Shown here one piece after another: positions 48,228-58,220 of a stretch of DNA of 64,000 bases (the stretch's first letter is position 1; each line of letters starts with the position of its first letter). A model generated the notes under the pieces. That model made no database searches. It saw only the letters and a program-made list of their open reading frames with translations, and was not told where the DNA came from. The position numbers and the translations under genes are program-made. The stretch is from positions 80,129 through 144,128 of the forward strand of contig JAFGCC010000014.1 of NCBI GenBank assembly GCA_016932815.1, given 5' to 3'. The DNA comes from Candidatus Micrarchaeota archaeon (GTDB taxonomy: Archaea > Micrarchaeota > Micrarchaeia > Anstonellales > Bilamarchaeaceae).

Positions 48228-49445
48228 ATGCTCCCATACGCGGCAGCCTTGGATTCGTTGCCACTGCTAACAGCGGACCTCTCCAATGTTGCACAGGTTG
48301 CACCATTTGATTTCTCGCTGGTGTTCTTAGCGATGCTAATTGGGGGCACAATCGGGATACTCTACTACATCTTATCCAAGGTGCTCGCATCCCCGCAGAT
48401 TGAGGCGTTTGCAAAAGAGGAGTTCTCGCAATGGTTCATCAACCTCTTCATAGTCGTATTGTGGCTGGTGGTGTATGGGGCTTTGGGCTCTGTAATCTCC
48501 ATAGTGGCGTGCGACGGGGCTCCCGCGTGCGACCAGTTCAGCGTCGCGTTCTTCGCGCTGGACACGGTTTATTGGCAGCTATTTAGCGCGTATTCTGCGT
48601 TCTTGTCAATTGAGTTCCTTGTGGGTTTCTTCTCAAGTGTGGGCTTCAGCCTTCCTCTGGGAATCCCGCTAGCGGCGGTAAAGTGGTTCGGCTTCTCCCC
48701 CCTGGGGGGGCTTGCGATGCTCAGCAACGTCGTAGTCAATGTTGTTGAGAGCGTGGGGATGCTTGTAGGGCTGGTGGTTGGGAGGGAGCAGCTTTTGAGC
48801 CTGTTTAGGGATATTGTGCCCAAGTTCCTGCTTCCGTTTGGGCTGCTTTTGCGCGCACTCCCGTTTACGAGGATTACCGGCTCAAGCATAATTGCGATTT
48901 CCTTTGCCGCATTCTTCATATTCCCCCTATCAATCATACTCTCGCACTACATGATGTTTGAGGTGCAGGCAACCAACACTTATATCCCTATTGTGCCCAC
49001 TCCCACGGGCTTCTGCGAACTGCCGGAGAACGAGGCGGAATTCCTCAATTCAACTGCGTACCTGGCGGACAAGAACCATGAGGTGGGAGAATACCTCGCA
49101 TACTCGCCTGAGAGCCAGGTGTCTTATGACAGCCTGCGCTACCAATTTACGGAGTTCATCTCCTCTGCGGCGGAAGGGCTTGGGGCGACGACTTCCAACA
49201 TATTCGGGTTCACGGGGCAGTGGTACACCTCGATTAACCTGATTCCGGCGCTTGCCAAGCCGACCACTTTCGCGTATTTCTTCTATTACCTGCTCCTAAA
49301 CCAGCTCCAGGTCTCAGCGAGGCTTGCCGTTATGACCGCCGTGTCGTTCGTGATGGAGATACTAATCACGATTACCGGATACAGGGCGATTGCCGCCGCA
49401 ATAGGCGGAGAGCTCGAGATACTCGGGCTAACGAAGGTGGTCTAG
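48228..49445 (+). CDS. Polytopic membrane protein, CedA/VirB6-like family (operon copy 1)
   Basis: FAKEEFSQ; PFGLLLRALPFTRITGSSIIA; C-terminal IGGELEILGLTKVV. Confidence 0.7.
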   Translation: MLPYAAALDSLPLLTADLSNVAQVAPFDFSLVFLAMLIGGTIGILYYILSKVLASPQIEAFAKEEFSQWFINLFIVVLWLVVYGALGSVISIVACDGAPACDQFSVAFFALDTVYWQLFSAYSAFLSIEFLVGFFSSVGFSLPLGIPLAAVKWFGFSPLGGLAMLSNVVVNVVESVGMLVGLVVGREQLLSLFRDIVPKFLLPFGLLLRALPFTRITGSSIIAISFAAFFIFPLSIILSHYMMFEVQATNTYIPIVPTPTGFCELPENEAEFLNSTAYLADKNHEVGEYLAYSPESQVSYDSLRYQFTEFISSAAEGLGATTSNIFGFTGQWYTSINLIPALAKPTTFAYFFYYLLLNQLQVSARLAVMTAVSFVMEILITITGYRAIAAAIGGELEILGLTKVV

Positions 49446-49446
49446 G

Positions 49447-50391
49447 ATGCTTCCCGATTTGCACGTGCAGGTAATTGGCGTGACGATTGCGGCCATTGCC
49501 GCCTACATCGGGGTTGTGTTCATGGCCTCAAAGGCGCTTGGGCGCCCCCAGTTGACGGCGTACGCGAAAATTGAGGCGAACCAGCTATTCATCTCCGGGC
49601 TAATCCTGGTGATTGCCCTTGGGGCGTGGCACTTCTCAAACGGGATGATGGAGCACCTTACCGGATTCGGGCTTGAATCTGCGCCGCTGAAGTTTCTGGA
49701 CCGGATAATCAACGAGGGGATACTGCCCGTTTACGTCAAGCTTGTGCGCATGGAGGTTGCGCTTACCTATTTCAACGCGATTGAATACAGGATGGGGCCC
49801 GGGGTTTGGAACTTCACTACGCGCGTGGTTCCGGGGCTCGACCCCCTAATCTCTATTGTGCGCATGCTCATCTTTTCATATACCGCATTGTACGGGACGT
49901 TCTCGGTATTCGTCATTGTATTCACGATTGTGCCGGGGATACTCTATCCATTCATCCTTCCTGCGGGGATAGTGCTGCGTTTTTTCCCGCCAACGCGTGA
50001 TGCGGGAGTCTACCTCATAGCGCTAGCCCTGGCTTTCCAGACGCTCTTTCCGATACTTTATGTGATGAACTTCGTCGCTTTGAGCGAGATGTGGGTGGGG
50101 CACGAATGGGTGGCCGACGACCCCGACAGGCATGACGAATATACCCCGAACATAGAGCAAAGCAGTTATTTCAACGAGGTTAATGCCGCTGCGGGGGCAG
50201 CCGGCACGGCCGCCAGCGGATTCTCAACGTGGTTCCCGGTGCTCCAGCCGTTTTCGTTCGCGGGGCTCCTGCCGTTTTTGGACAGGGTTGCCCAGCTCTC
50301 ATTAGTGGGGCTGGTACTCCCGGCGCTGGTGTTTACGCTGGTGCTCTCAATGGTGAGCGCGGTGACGAAATTCATAACGGGGAGGGGATGA
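49447..50391 (+). CDS. Polytopic membrane protein, CedA/VirB6-like (copy 2)
   Basis: YAKIEANQ; PAGIVLRFFPPTRDAGVYLIA. Confidence 0.7.
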   Translation: MLPDLHVQVIGVTIAAIAAYIGVVFMASKALGRPQLTAYAKIEANQLFISGLILVIALGAWHFSNGMMEHLTGFGLESAPLKFLDRIINEGILPVYVKLVRMEVALTYFNAIEYRMGPGVWNFTTRVVPGLDPLISIVRMLIFSYTALYGTFSVFVIVFTIVPGILYPFILPAGIVLRFFPPTRDAGVYLIALALAFQTLFPILYVMNFVALSEMWVGHEWVADDPDRHDEYTPNIEQSSYFNEVNAAAGAAGTAASGFSTWFPVLQPFSFAGLLPFLDRVAQLSLVGLVLPALVFTLVLSMVSAVTKFITGRG

Positions 50392-50392
50392 G

Positions 50393-51649
50393 ATGCTGCC
50401 GACAGACCTATCCAGCATGGCAAGCCTTGAAGCGGTGTGGCTTGAGTGGCAGGTTGTCGCTTTTGCGGCACTCATGATTGCAACCGGGTTTGCGGCAATC
50501 GCCTATGCGTTTGGGCACTTCCTCTCCAACGAGAAGATAATCGCTTTTGCGAAATTGGAATTCGCGGAAATCATATACTCGGCGGTGCTAATCGTTTCTG
50601 TGCTCTGGGTGCTGGGGATGGCATCGGGGGCCGTGGAGGTCATGATTGAGGGGGCTTATCCGCACAACCTGGGGAGCACTATTTGCAGCCCCACATACGA
50701 TGCGTATTTCGGGGGGGATGCGAACTTCCCCTGCCACCTGAGGGTTGCGCGGTATTACCTGGATACGCTCTACAACGAGGGAAAGGAGTTCAACTACGAG
50801 CTCCTCTCTGCGCACATGTGGTATTCGTTCTTCCAGGGATTCCACCTTACAGGAGACTTCCATGAGCATGCAAGCGGGACTGTGGAATTCTCTCCTATGG
50901 GTTCGCTCTTTAGCCTGCCCTCTGCGGTTTATTCCTACATGTTTGAGTTCGGGATGCGCGCCATGCTGATTGTGCGCTTCCAGGCGTTCTTCATAAATTT
51001 CATAAACTACTCGCTATACCCGGTGCTGCTGATGCTGGGGATGATACTGCGCACATTCCCGTTCTCAAGGAGGATTGGGGGGCTTTTAATGGCGATTGGA
51101 ATCTGCCTTTACTTCGTTTTCCCGATGTTTTATGTGTTTGGGGGGTACGTGTTTGAGAACGTGCGCGAGAACGTGGACTGCGAGAATCCGGATGCGCAGG
51201 GGTATTGCCCCGTGATTGCCACCCTCACTTTCAACCCGCAGGAGCTTTATGAGGGGGTGGACTTCGTATCGGAGGACCCAAACGGGGTTAGCGCGATTGG
51301 GAAGGTTAAGCCTGCGGAGATAGGCACTGATGAGTTCAAGCTGTTGTATAATGGAACGGACACGTATTGCGATGTCAACAACATGGGGGTGGAGGGAATC
51401 GGCTCCACCACGTGGAACCTCCTGCGCTCCTCGGTTTTCGCCTTTGATTTTACCACGCTGCTATCAAGCGAGGAATACATGGATTCCATAGTCGGCCCCG
51501 GAGGGGCGATAGACGCTACTGCGAGATTGACGTTCTTCTCGATGTTCTTTGCGCTTCTTGCAATCTTCTCAACTATCGGAGCCATAAGGAGCCTATCCCC
51601 GATATTCGGGGGAGACATTGAGCTTGCGGGGCTTACGCACTTGATATGA
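50393..51649 (+). CDS. Polytopic membrane protein, CedA/VirB6-like (copy 3)
   Basis: FAKLEFAE; LGMILRTFPFSRRIGGLLMAIGICLYFVFP; FGGDIELAGLTHLI. Confidence 0.7.
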   Translation: MLPTDLSSMASLEAVWLEWQVVAFAALMIATGFAAIAYAFGHFLSNEKIIAFAKLEFAEIIYSAVLIVSVLWVLGMASGAVEVMIEGAYPHNLGSTICSPTYDAYFGGDANFPCHLRVARYYLDTLYNEGKEFNYELLSAHMWYSFFQGFHLTGDFHEHASGTVEFSPMGSLFSLPSAVYSYMFEFGMRAMLIVRFQAFFINFINYSLYPVLLMLGMILRTFPFSRRIGGLLMAIGICLYFVFPMFYVFGGYVFENVRENVDCENPDAQGYCPVIATLTFNPQELYEGVDFVSEDPNGVSAIGKVKPAEIGTDEFKLLYNGTDTYCDVNNMGVEGIGSTTWNLLRSSVFAFDFTTLLSSEEYMDSIVGPGGAIDATARLTFFSMFFALLAIFSTIGAIRSLSPIFGGDIELAGLTHLI

Positions 51650-51655
51650 GGTTGT

Positions 51656-52909
51656 ATGCAAATGAAGGATGCGGAAATGAAAATCAGGGTCGGGGCTCTC
51701 CTGCTCTCCCTGCTGCTGTGCTCGTGCGCGTTCGCGCAGGAAGGCTCAGGCGACTCTCCGCTATACGATTTGCCGGATGGCGCTTCCGCAGAGGGGGCGG
51801 CAACGGATGGAGTCCTTAGTGCCTCGGAGCCCGCAAGTTATGGGGCGCTAGCAGAATTCGACGCGAACCAGGACGAGGTCTCAGAGCGGATTGATGAGCA
51901 GCTTGATTCCACCCTGGGCGTGTTTAGCGGGACCTGCGCGCAGGACCCTGCGGAGAATTTCGATTTTGTTGTTCCCACTATGCTCGCATTGCTGGTAATC
52001 GGGATGGGGATTGCGATTTTCTACATGGCGGGCAACTTCCTTGGCTCGCCGCAGCTTATTGCGATGAGCAAGCAGGAGCTATTTGAGCTAATACACACCG
52101 CGCTGATTGTGGTGTTGTTTGCGCTGTTATTGAGATTCGCAGACCAGCTGATTTTCTCCGGGAGCGGGGGGAGCAGCATATACGATGTTTCCCTTGAGTA
52201 TTCGCTCCTGATGATACACAAGATAACAAAGGACACTATGTGGCTATCCCTCATAAACACGCTAATATACATGCTATATAGCGCTCCTTTGAGGCTGGGC
52301 GGCTCACTGCACCATGCTGTGCACTTCAACCTGGGGGGAGTGCTCAAGCCGTTCGTGGACGCGGTCGGGACCATGGCTTCGCTCTTGTCTTTTGCAATAG
52401 GCGAATGGATTGCGAACATCAGCGTTTTGTGCTTTATCAAGAGGTTCGTGCCCAATTTGTTCCTGCCAATCGGGGTGCTCCTAAAGGCGTTCCCGCAAAC
52501 GCGGGGCGGGGGGAATGCGGTAATAGCGATATGCATAGCGTTCTTCCTGATATACCCGGTAATGCTTTATATGAACCATGAGGCATACCTGTACAAATAC
52601 GGGGCGATAGGCGAGCGCAGCGGCCTGGAGGAAATCGTGAGCGCATTCATGGTGGAAACCGGATGGCTCAACCTTTCGTTCTATGCGTTCTTCCTGTGGC
52701 TCTTTACCGGGCAGCTTGTGGGAATTGCCTTCTTGACGCAGTTCGTGGTATTCTTCATAGACATGCTCTCGGATGTCATATACACTGTTTTCGTTTTGAG
52801 CATATTCCTGCCCCTAATGAACATATTCGTAACGCTCACTTTTGCAAGGGAGATAGCGAAGTACTTCGGGACGGAGATAAACATAGCCGCGTTCGTGAGG
52901 CTGATATGA
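51656..52909 (+). CDS. Polytopic membrane protein, CedA/VirB6-like (copy 4, with signal peptide)
   Basis: N-terminal signal (..CSCAFA-QE); MSKQELFE; PIGVLLKAFPQTRGGGNAVIA; FGTEINIAAFVRLI. Confidence 0.7.
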   Translation: MQMKDAEMKIRVGALLLSLLLCSCAFAQEGSGDSPLYDLPDGASAEGAATDGVLSASEPASYGALAEFDANQDEVSERIDEQLDSTLGVFSGTCAQDPAENFDFVVPTMLALLVIGMGIAIFYMAGNFLGSPQLIAMSKQELFELIHTALIVVLFALLLRFADQLIFSGSGGSSIYDVSLEYSLLMIHKITKDTMWLSLINTLIYMLYSAPLRLGGSLHHAVHFNLGGVLKPFVDAVGTMASLLSFAIGEWIANISVLCFIKRFVPNLFLPIGVLLKAFPQTRGGGNAVIAICIAFFLIYPVMLYMNHEAYLYKYGAIGERSGLEEIVSAFMVETGWLNLSFYAFFLWLFTGQLVGIAFLTQFVVFFIDMLSDVIYTVFVLSIFLPLMNIFVTLTFAREIAKYFGTEINIAAFVRLI

Positions 52910-52919
52910 GGTTGTTGAA

Positions 52920-54011
52920 ATGGAGATACTAGCTTCAAAATTCTGTTTTGCTTCGGGCTCTTCCATTGCGGATGCATTCTACATCCCGGAGTGGCAAACA
53001 CTCTCGCTGCTGGCCCTTGTAATCTCGGTGGGAATCCTCTCGGTCATTTACCTCTTCAACAGGCTCTTTGGCAACGAGCAGGGCGAGACTTGGGTAAAGA
53101 TTGAACTATTTGAGATACTGGCCACCTCGTTTATAGTGGTAATCATAATCGGGCTGCTCAATGCGGCCTGCGTGATTCCGGTTGGGGACCTGGGGATTAG
53201 CGTGGGAGACGATGCGGCGAACCTCAACGTGTTTGATGCGGCAGCGGAAACGCTAAGCCAGTTTTCGTGGGTATTGACTTATACGATGACTGCCCTGCAC
53301 ACTCTTTACATACCATTTGATTTCATGACCACCCAGACCATGACCGCACAGCCTTTGGGGATGGGAACCACGGTGCAGCCTACTGCTGGAATGGGGGCAG
53401 TCATCAAGCCCGGATACGTGAACGCGCTGCAGATGATGAGCGTTGCGTTCATAGTGGTGCGCGCGGAGCTGCTGCTCCTGGACTTTGCAACCTTTGCATT
53501 GATTAAGTATTACCTGCCCCTTGGGATACTATTGCGGTGCTTTGCTCCCACTAGGCGTATTGGGGGGACGCTAATCGGGCTGGTTGTGGGGGTGGTGCTG
53601 GTCCTCCCATCGCTTGTAGTCCTAAACGGGGTTTTCACGGAGTCGTTTACTTCTGCTGCAAACCCGTTTGGGTTGAATGAGCCAATCGAATTCTTAGGCT
53701 CCCTGCTTAGCGCCGGGGGGACTGCGATATGGAGCGACATGTGGGAGAGCTTCTCAGGTGCGTGGGGAGGCGGGAGCGGCTCGTTTACGCCGCTTAGCCT
53801 CTTCCAGATACCAATAGGGCTAGCATCGTCCATAGTGGGGCTGTTTGCAGGGCTTTATTCGTTCGTTTTCATGTGGGCTGCGGGGCAGGCATTCCTGATT
53901 GGGCTGTTCTTCCCGGCACTCAATACCCTTTTACTAGTTACCACCATAAGATACCTTACAAGGGCGTTCGGTGAGGAGATAGACGTCACGAACCTTACGA
54001 GGATGGTATAG
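52920..54011 (+). CDS. Polytopic membrane protein, CedA/VirB6-like (copy 5)
   Basis: WVKIELFE; PLGILLRCFAPTRRIGGTLIG; FGEEIDVTNLTRMV. Confidence 0.7.
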   Translation: MEILASKFCFASGSSIADAFYIPEWQTLSLLALVISVGILSVIYLFNRLFGNEQGETWVKIELFEILATSFIVVIIIGLLNAACVIPVGDLGISVGDDAANLNVFDAAAETLSQFSWVLTYTMTALHTLYIPFDFMTTQTMTAQPLGMGTTVQPTAGMGAVIKPGYVNALQMMSVAFIVVRAELLLLDFATFALIKYYLPLGILLRCFAPTRRIGGTLIGLVVGVVLVLPSLVVLNGVFTESFTSAANPFGLNEPIEFLGSLLSAGGTAIWSDMWESFSGAWGGGSGSFTPLSLFQIPIGLASSIVGLFAGLYSFVFMWAAGQAFLIGLFFPALNTLLLVTTIRYLTRAFGEEIDVTNLTRMV

Positions 54012-55043
54012 ATGGCATGGGAAACAATCGCGATTGTCGCAGTCGGGCTTTCCGCCCTCCTTGCAGCGATAATGGTGATGTTCTCAAGGCTCTTTGGAGT
54101 GCCTTCCCTTGAGCAGTGGGCGAAAGCGGAGATGGTGTTTTCCATATCCACCTTGTTCTTGGTGCTCTTCCTGGTGGTCACGGTGCAGGCGGTGGAGCCA
54201 TTCCTAAAGGACCTGGTAGTGGAGATGAGCACGTATAATTACGCGCAGGCTACGGGGACTGCGATGGAGGTGCAGGTTTCAGATGACGCGAACCTCATGG
54301 ATTATACGATTGCATACATGACTTCCATGACTTCGTGCATGAGGACGCTGTTTGCATTTTTAATGAAGCTGAATTTCCCCCTGGAACTTACCGCATCATT
54401 CAAGATTGACGCTTTCATGTTTGATATTGTGACCGGGTGGGCGTTCAAGGGGCCGGTGCAGACTATACGGAACATTACCAATTACATTACGTTTACCCTG
54501 TTCATATACTACCTGTTCATACACGTTATGAGATTCGTCAATGCAACCGCCATGAGCGTGTTCCTCCCATTGGGCATAGTGCTGCGGCAGTTCCCGCCCA
54601 CAAGGGGGGCCGGGGCATTCGTGATTGCGTTTGCGCTTGGGTTCTATTTCGTCTTCCCATTTGCGTACCTGCTTGCAATCAACGTTACGCCGCAGACTTT
54701 TGCGTGCCTTCCTTTGCCCGAATTTGACATACCTTCTGCGGCTGGGCTTGGCGATATGAGCAAGGCATTTGAGCTTGCGGCGTGGACGGATGCAAACCAG
54801 AACGAGATTCTAGGGGCGATACAGGGAACCGGGACCTACATTGCCGGATTCTCATTGGACCAGTTCAACATAATCCCCGATGCCCTTGAGCCTGCGGGGG
54901 GGAGGCTTGCGGGCTTCTCCATAAACCTGTGCTGCCTGCCATTTATCGCGATGATGCTCACTATGACGTTCATACTCTCTACTATGAACCTCTTTGGGGC
55001 GAACCTGCCGGAAGTCGGAAGGGGATTCGTGAAATTGATTTGA
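54012..55043 (+). CDS. Polytopic membrane protein, CedA/VirB6-like (copy 6)
   Basis: WAKAEMVF; PLGIVLRQFPPTRGAGAFVIAFALGFYFVFP; FGANLPEVGRGFVKLI. Confidence 0.7.
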   Translation: MAWETIAIVAVGLSALLAAIMVMFSRLFGVPSLEQWAKAEMVFSISTLFLVLFLVVTVQAVEPFLKDLVVEMSTYNYAQATGTAMEVQVSDDANLMDYTIAYMTSMTSCMRTLFAFLMKLNFPLELTASFKIDAFMFDIVTGWAFKGPVQTIRNITNYITFTLFIYYLFIHVMRFVNATAMSVFLPLGIVLRQFPPTRGAGAFVIAFALGFYFVFPFAYLLAINVTPQTFACLPLPEFDIPSAAGLGDMSKAFELAAWTDANQNEILGAIQGTGTYIAGFSLDQFNIIPDALEPAGGRLAGFSINLCCLPFIAMMLTMTFILSTMNLFGANLPEVGRGFVKLI

Positions 55044-55132
55044 GGATTGCGCAGGAAGCCAGGGGCATCTTTGCGCACTTTGTGCCCGAGCACACAGAAA
55101 CCAATATTAATGCTGGCTTCCTTTAGTTTTCC

Positions 55133-55690
55133 ATGGACAGGTTCATCCTTGACACCAGCCTTTTCGTGAATCCGGCTTCGAGGAAGCAATTCGGGAAGAC
55201 TCCCCCGGAGGCCGTAAGGGCATTTGTCCGCAAGGCAAAGGCGAAGAAGGGGAAGGCGGAGTTTTATATGCCCCCCCTGGTGATGGACGAACTTGCGAAC
55301 TTTGCGAAAAAGGATGCGGGAAAACTCTCGGCGGTTGTGAAAAAGCGCGCCCCGAACATCTATGGGATATACATACCCGCTGCGATACTCTATTCGTTTA
55401 TAGAGGACGTGCGCGCAAGGGTGAATAAGGGGCTGAGGCTTGCAGAGGAATTCGCGCAGGACAACCGTCCGGAAAATGCGGAAAAACTAAGCAAGCTGCG
55501 CGCGAAATACCGCGATGCCATGCGCAAGGGGATGGTGGATTCCCGGGAGGATTTGGAGATAATCCTGCTTGCATACGAACTGGGGGCGGCAATCGTGACA
55601 TCCGATGAGGGGATAACCCTCATGGCCAACCAGATTGGCGTTGAGTGGATAGAGGCAGAGAAGTTCGGGGAACTCCTAAAAGCCCTCTAA
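55133..55690 (+). CDS. RNA-free ribonuclease P (HARP / Aq_880-like PIN protein, 'RNA ligase partner')
   Basis: FILDTS, RARVNKGLRLAE, LRAKYRDAMRKGMVDSREDL, TSDEGI. Confidence 0.92.
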   Translation: MDRFILDTSLFVNPASRKQFGKTPPEAVRAFVRKAKAKKGKAEFYMPPLVMDELANFAKKDAGKLSAVVKKRAPNIYGIYIPAAILYSFIEDVRARVNKGLRLAEEFAQDNRPENAEKLSKLRAKYRDAMRKGMVDSREDLEIILLAYELGAAIVTSDEGITLMANQIGVEWIEAEKFGELLKAL

Positions 55691-55704
55691 GGTTCGGGGA
55701 GCCG

Positions 55705-57138
55705 TTATTTAGCGCCGCCCTCTTCTTTCCCAGGGGTTTTTTCTTTGGCGGCACCGCTATCTTCTTCTAGCATTTCCATTGCAACGTCTTCTGTGCTGGA
55801 TTCCTTCCTGGCTGCGCGCTTCTGCTTCTCCCTCTGTACTTTTGCGACTACCACCTTGTCCAGGTCGGCCCCCTTTTCATAGACGATTTTGGGCTTATGC
55901 AGCGCCTCTTCGCGCACCACCTGGAGGGCTCCGAAGGTGGTCACTATTATGCTTCCCACAATTACCACGAAGGCGATGTCGGAGAAGCCGCTAATCTGCG
56001 CGGTTATTTCCGCATAGGTCTTAGGGTCCATCGCCTCGGGGTGGTCTGCGGCATATTGGATTAGGATTCCCATGGGATAGGTTGCGAGCACTGCGGAGCC
56101 GAAGCCGCGCGGAATCAGGATTTCCATCTTGTGCGCATCGGCGCGCAGGTCGCTGCCCATAGTGGCAATCTGGACGGAAACCTTCCTTGCCACATAAAGC
56201 AGGATTATTATGCCCACTCCCAGGAACACCATGTCCATGCTTGCAATTGAGACTAGGGCACCTAGGAACACGAAGAAGAATGTGCGCACCATAAACGAGA
56301 TTTCGTCTTGGAACTTGAGCATTTCTTCGTCGTTGGTAATTGTGGTGAGGCCGGTTGCCCTGCCTATTTCGGCCATGTTTCCCAGCATGATCCCAAAGAC
56401 TAAGACTCCTATTGCGCCGCTTGCTCCTACGGATTCAACTGCGACGTAGAATAGCAGGGTGACTGCGAAAGTTAGCATGTGGAAGAACTTTAGTTCGCGC
56501 ATCTGGGTTCCGACTAGCATCCATATGGCGCCTGCGACTACCCCCAGGAAGGCAGCAGTTGAGAACTGGTTTACCACCCCGCTTACTATGCTCCCTATAT
56601 CCAAGGCGCCGCTTATTAGGCCGGAAGTGAGTGTAATTACGAGCACTACGCCCAGAACGTCTGTGATTGCGGACTCTATGCTCTGGAAGTGCTTGGTTTC
56701 TTCTTTGAGGCCAATTCCATCTGAGACGGGATTCACCATGGCTCCGGTCGTTCCCGCGAGGATTGCTCCGAGCAGGACTCCGACTATTACGTTGCCAAAG
56801 AGGTAGGTCCAGAGTGCCGCCACCAGGGCGATTGAGAGGATTCCCACCAATAACCCCATTGCGACTCCCCTGGCACTCTCGCTAATTAGCTTGCGCAGGT
56901 TCATCCTCGTTCCGCTATCAAAAAGCAGGATCATAAGGGCGAGAGGGCCAATTAGGCTCTGGAGTTCTCTTAGAAGGTCAATATCCACCATGCCCGTTAG
57001 TGGGCCTAGCATGTAGCCTATTGCAAGGAGGATTAGCACCGGGGAAATCTTGTATTTTTTAAACAGCATTTCGCCCAGGAACCCTATTACCAGAATCCCT
57101 CCGAGGATTGTAAATGAAACCAGTGTTTCGCTTGCCAT
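55705..57138 (-). CDS. Cation:proton antiporter (NhaP/CPA1)
   Basis: ILLFDSG, ESAITD, FFFVFLG, PRG motifs; about 12-13 hydrophobic segments. Confidence 0.9.
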   Translation of the reverse strand: MASETLVSFTILGGILVIGFLGEMLFKKYKISPVLILLAIGYMLGPLTGMVDIDLLRELQSLIGPLALMILLFDSGTRMNLRKLISESARGVAMGLLVGILSIALVAALWTYLFGNVIVGVLLGAILAGTTGAMVNPVSDGIGLKEETKHFQSIESAITDVLGVVLVITLTSGLISGALDIGSIVSGVVNQFSTAAFLGVVAGAIWMLVGTQMRELKFFHMLTFAVTLLFYVAVESVGASGAIGVLVFGIMLGNMAEIGRATGLTTITNDEEMLKFQDEISFMVRTFFFVFLGALVSIASMDMVFLGVGIIILLYVARKVSVQIATMGSDLRADAHKMEILIPRGFGSAVLATYPMGILIQYAADHPEAMDPKTYAEITAQISGFSDIAFVVIVGSIIVTTFGALQVVREEALHKPKIVYEKGADLDKVVVAKVQREKQKRAARKESSTEDVAMEMLEEDSGAAKEKTPGKEEGGAK

Positions 57139-57148
57139 CTTTTTTCAC

Positions 57149-58216
57149 CTAGTCTGCCTGTGCGTACCCCTCAATTGCACGCCTTATCTTCCTGCTGCCC
57201 TCCTTGTACTTCTTTTTGAAGCGTATAATGAGCGCACCCTTTAAGTTAGTTTCCCGCACGTCCCTTATTTCCACTTCCTTTGACATGTGCGAGAGGAGTT
57301 TGCCCCAGGTTTCCCTGTTTTTTATCGTGAATTCAAATTCCTCTGCGGCCTCCCCACCGGAAGTGAGGGCGGAATAGAGGAGGCAGTGGAGGGCTTCTCC
57401 CATGCGCGCATCGTATTGCTTTTTGTTTAGGCCAAGTTCATTTACGGATGCCGCGCAGCGGAACACCCTCTGCTTCATGAATCCCAGGGGCATATCAAAA
57501 ATGAGGTGCGAGTTTTCTGCGAGGTCGCGGATGTCGGAGGAAGGGAGGACGTATTTCAGGATTCTCCTTGGGTTCTCCTGCTTTAGGACCATTCCCTCTG
57601 CGCCCTTCTTGTCAAGGGAGATTGCCAGCTTTTTTAGCTGGCTGCGGTTTCCGCCGCCCACTCTTTTTACCAGGGGAACCGGGTTTAGGCCATAATCATT
57701 GCACAGCTTCCTGCGCTCTTTTGGGGAGAGGTAGTTGTTCTTCCCGTCTCCCATGTCGAATACGTAGTATTTTGCCCCGGTTCCGGATGGGGCTTTTGTG
57801 TAGGGGGTGTTTCCCACCATTTCCATGTAGAGGACCTTGTTTGGGTGGGCTGCGAAAAACGCCTTTGCGTTTTCATCATCGGATAGTTTTTCTGTTGCGA
57901 AGAAATCCAGGAAGCCGCCCCTTGAGATGCACATTATTTTTCCGCCCTCATAAATCGTGCGGAGGTTATAGCCGTCTATTTTTTCCTCCACGAATATTTC
58001 GCCTTCGTGCAGGTTCTTCTGCACGCCCTTTTCAAGCGAGAACACCCTGCGGATTTTGGGGTAGCCGTATATTACCCTCTTTCCGGTTACCACTGTTCCG
58101 CGGGGGATTTTGCCTATGCTCTCCGAGAACCTGCATACGCCGTCGCGCTCTTGTATCCTGCCCTTTTTGATTGCATTCAGGATTTTTTTGCGCAAGCTTG
58201 CTTTTAGGTCCTTCAT
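57149..58216 (-). CDS. ATP-dependent RNA ligase (Pab1020/Rnl3 family)
   Basis: GYPKIRR, EEKIDGYN (motif I), SRGG, FD, EGMVLK, KY. Confidence 0.92.
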   Translation of the reverse strand: MKDLKASLRKKILNAIKKGRIQERDGVCRFSESIGKIPRGTVVTGKRVIYGYPKIRRVFSLEKGVQKNLHEGEIFVEEKIDGYNLRTIYEGGKIMCISRGGFLDFFATEKLSDDENAKAFFAAHPNKVLYMEMVGNTPYTKAPSGTGAKYYVFDMGDGKNNYLSPKERRKLCNDYGLNPVPLVKRVGGGNRSQLKKLAISLDKKGAEGMVLKQENPRRILKYVLPSSDIRDLAENSHLIFDMPLGFMKQRVFRCAASVNELGLNKKQYDARMGEALHCLLYSALTSGGEAAEEFEFTIKNRETWGKLLSHMSKEVEIRDVRETNLKGALIIRFKKKYKEGSRKIRRAIEGYAQAD

Positions 58217-58220
58217 TGGT

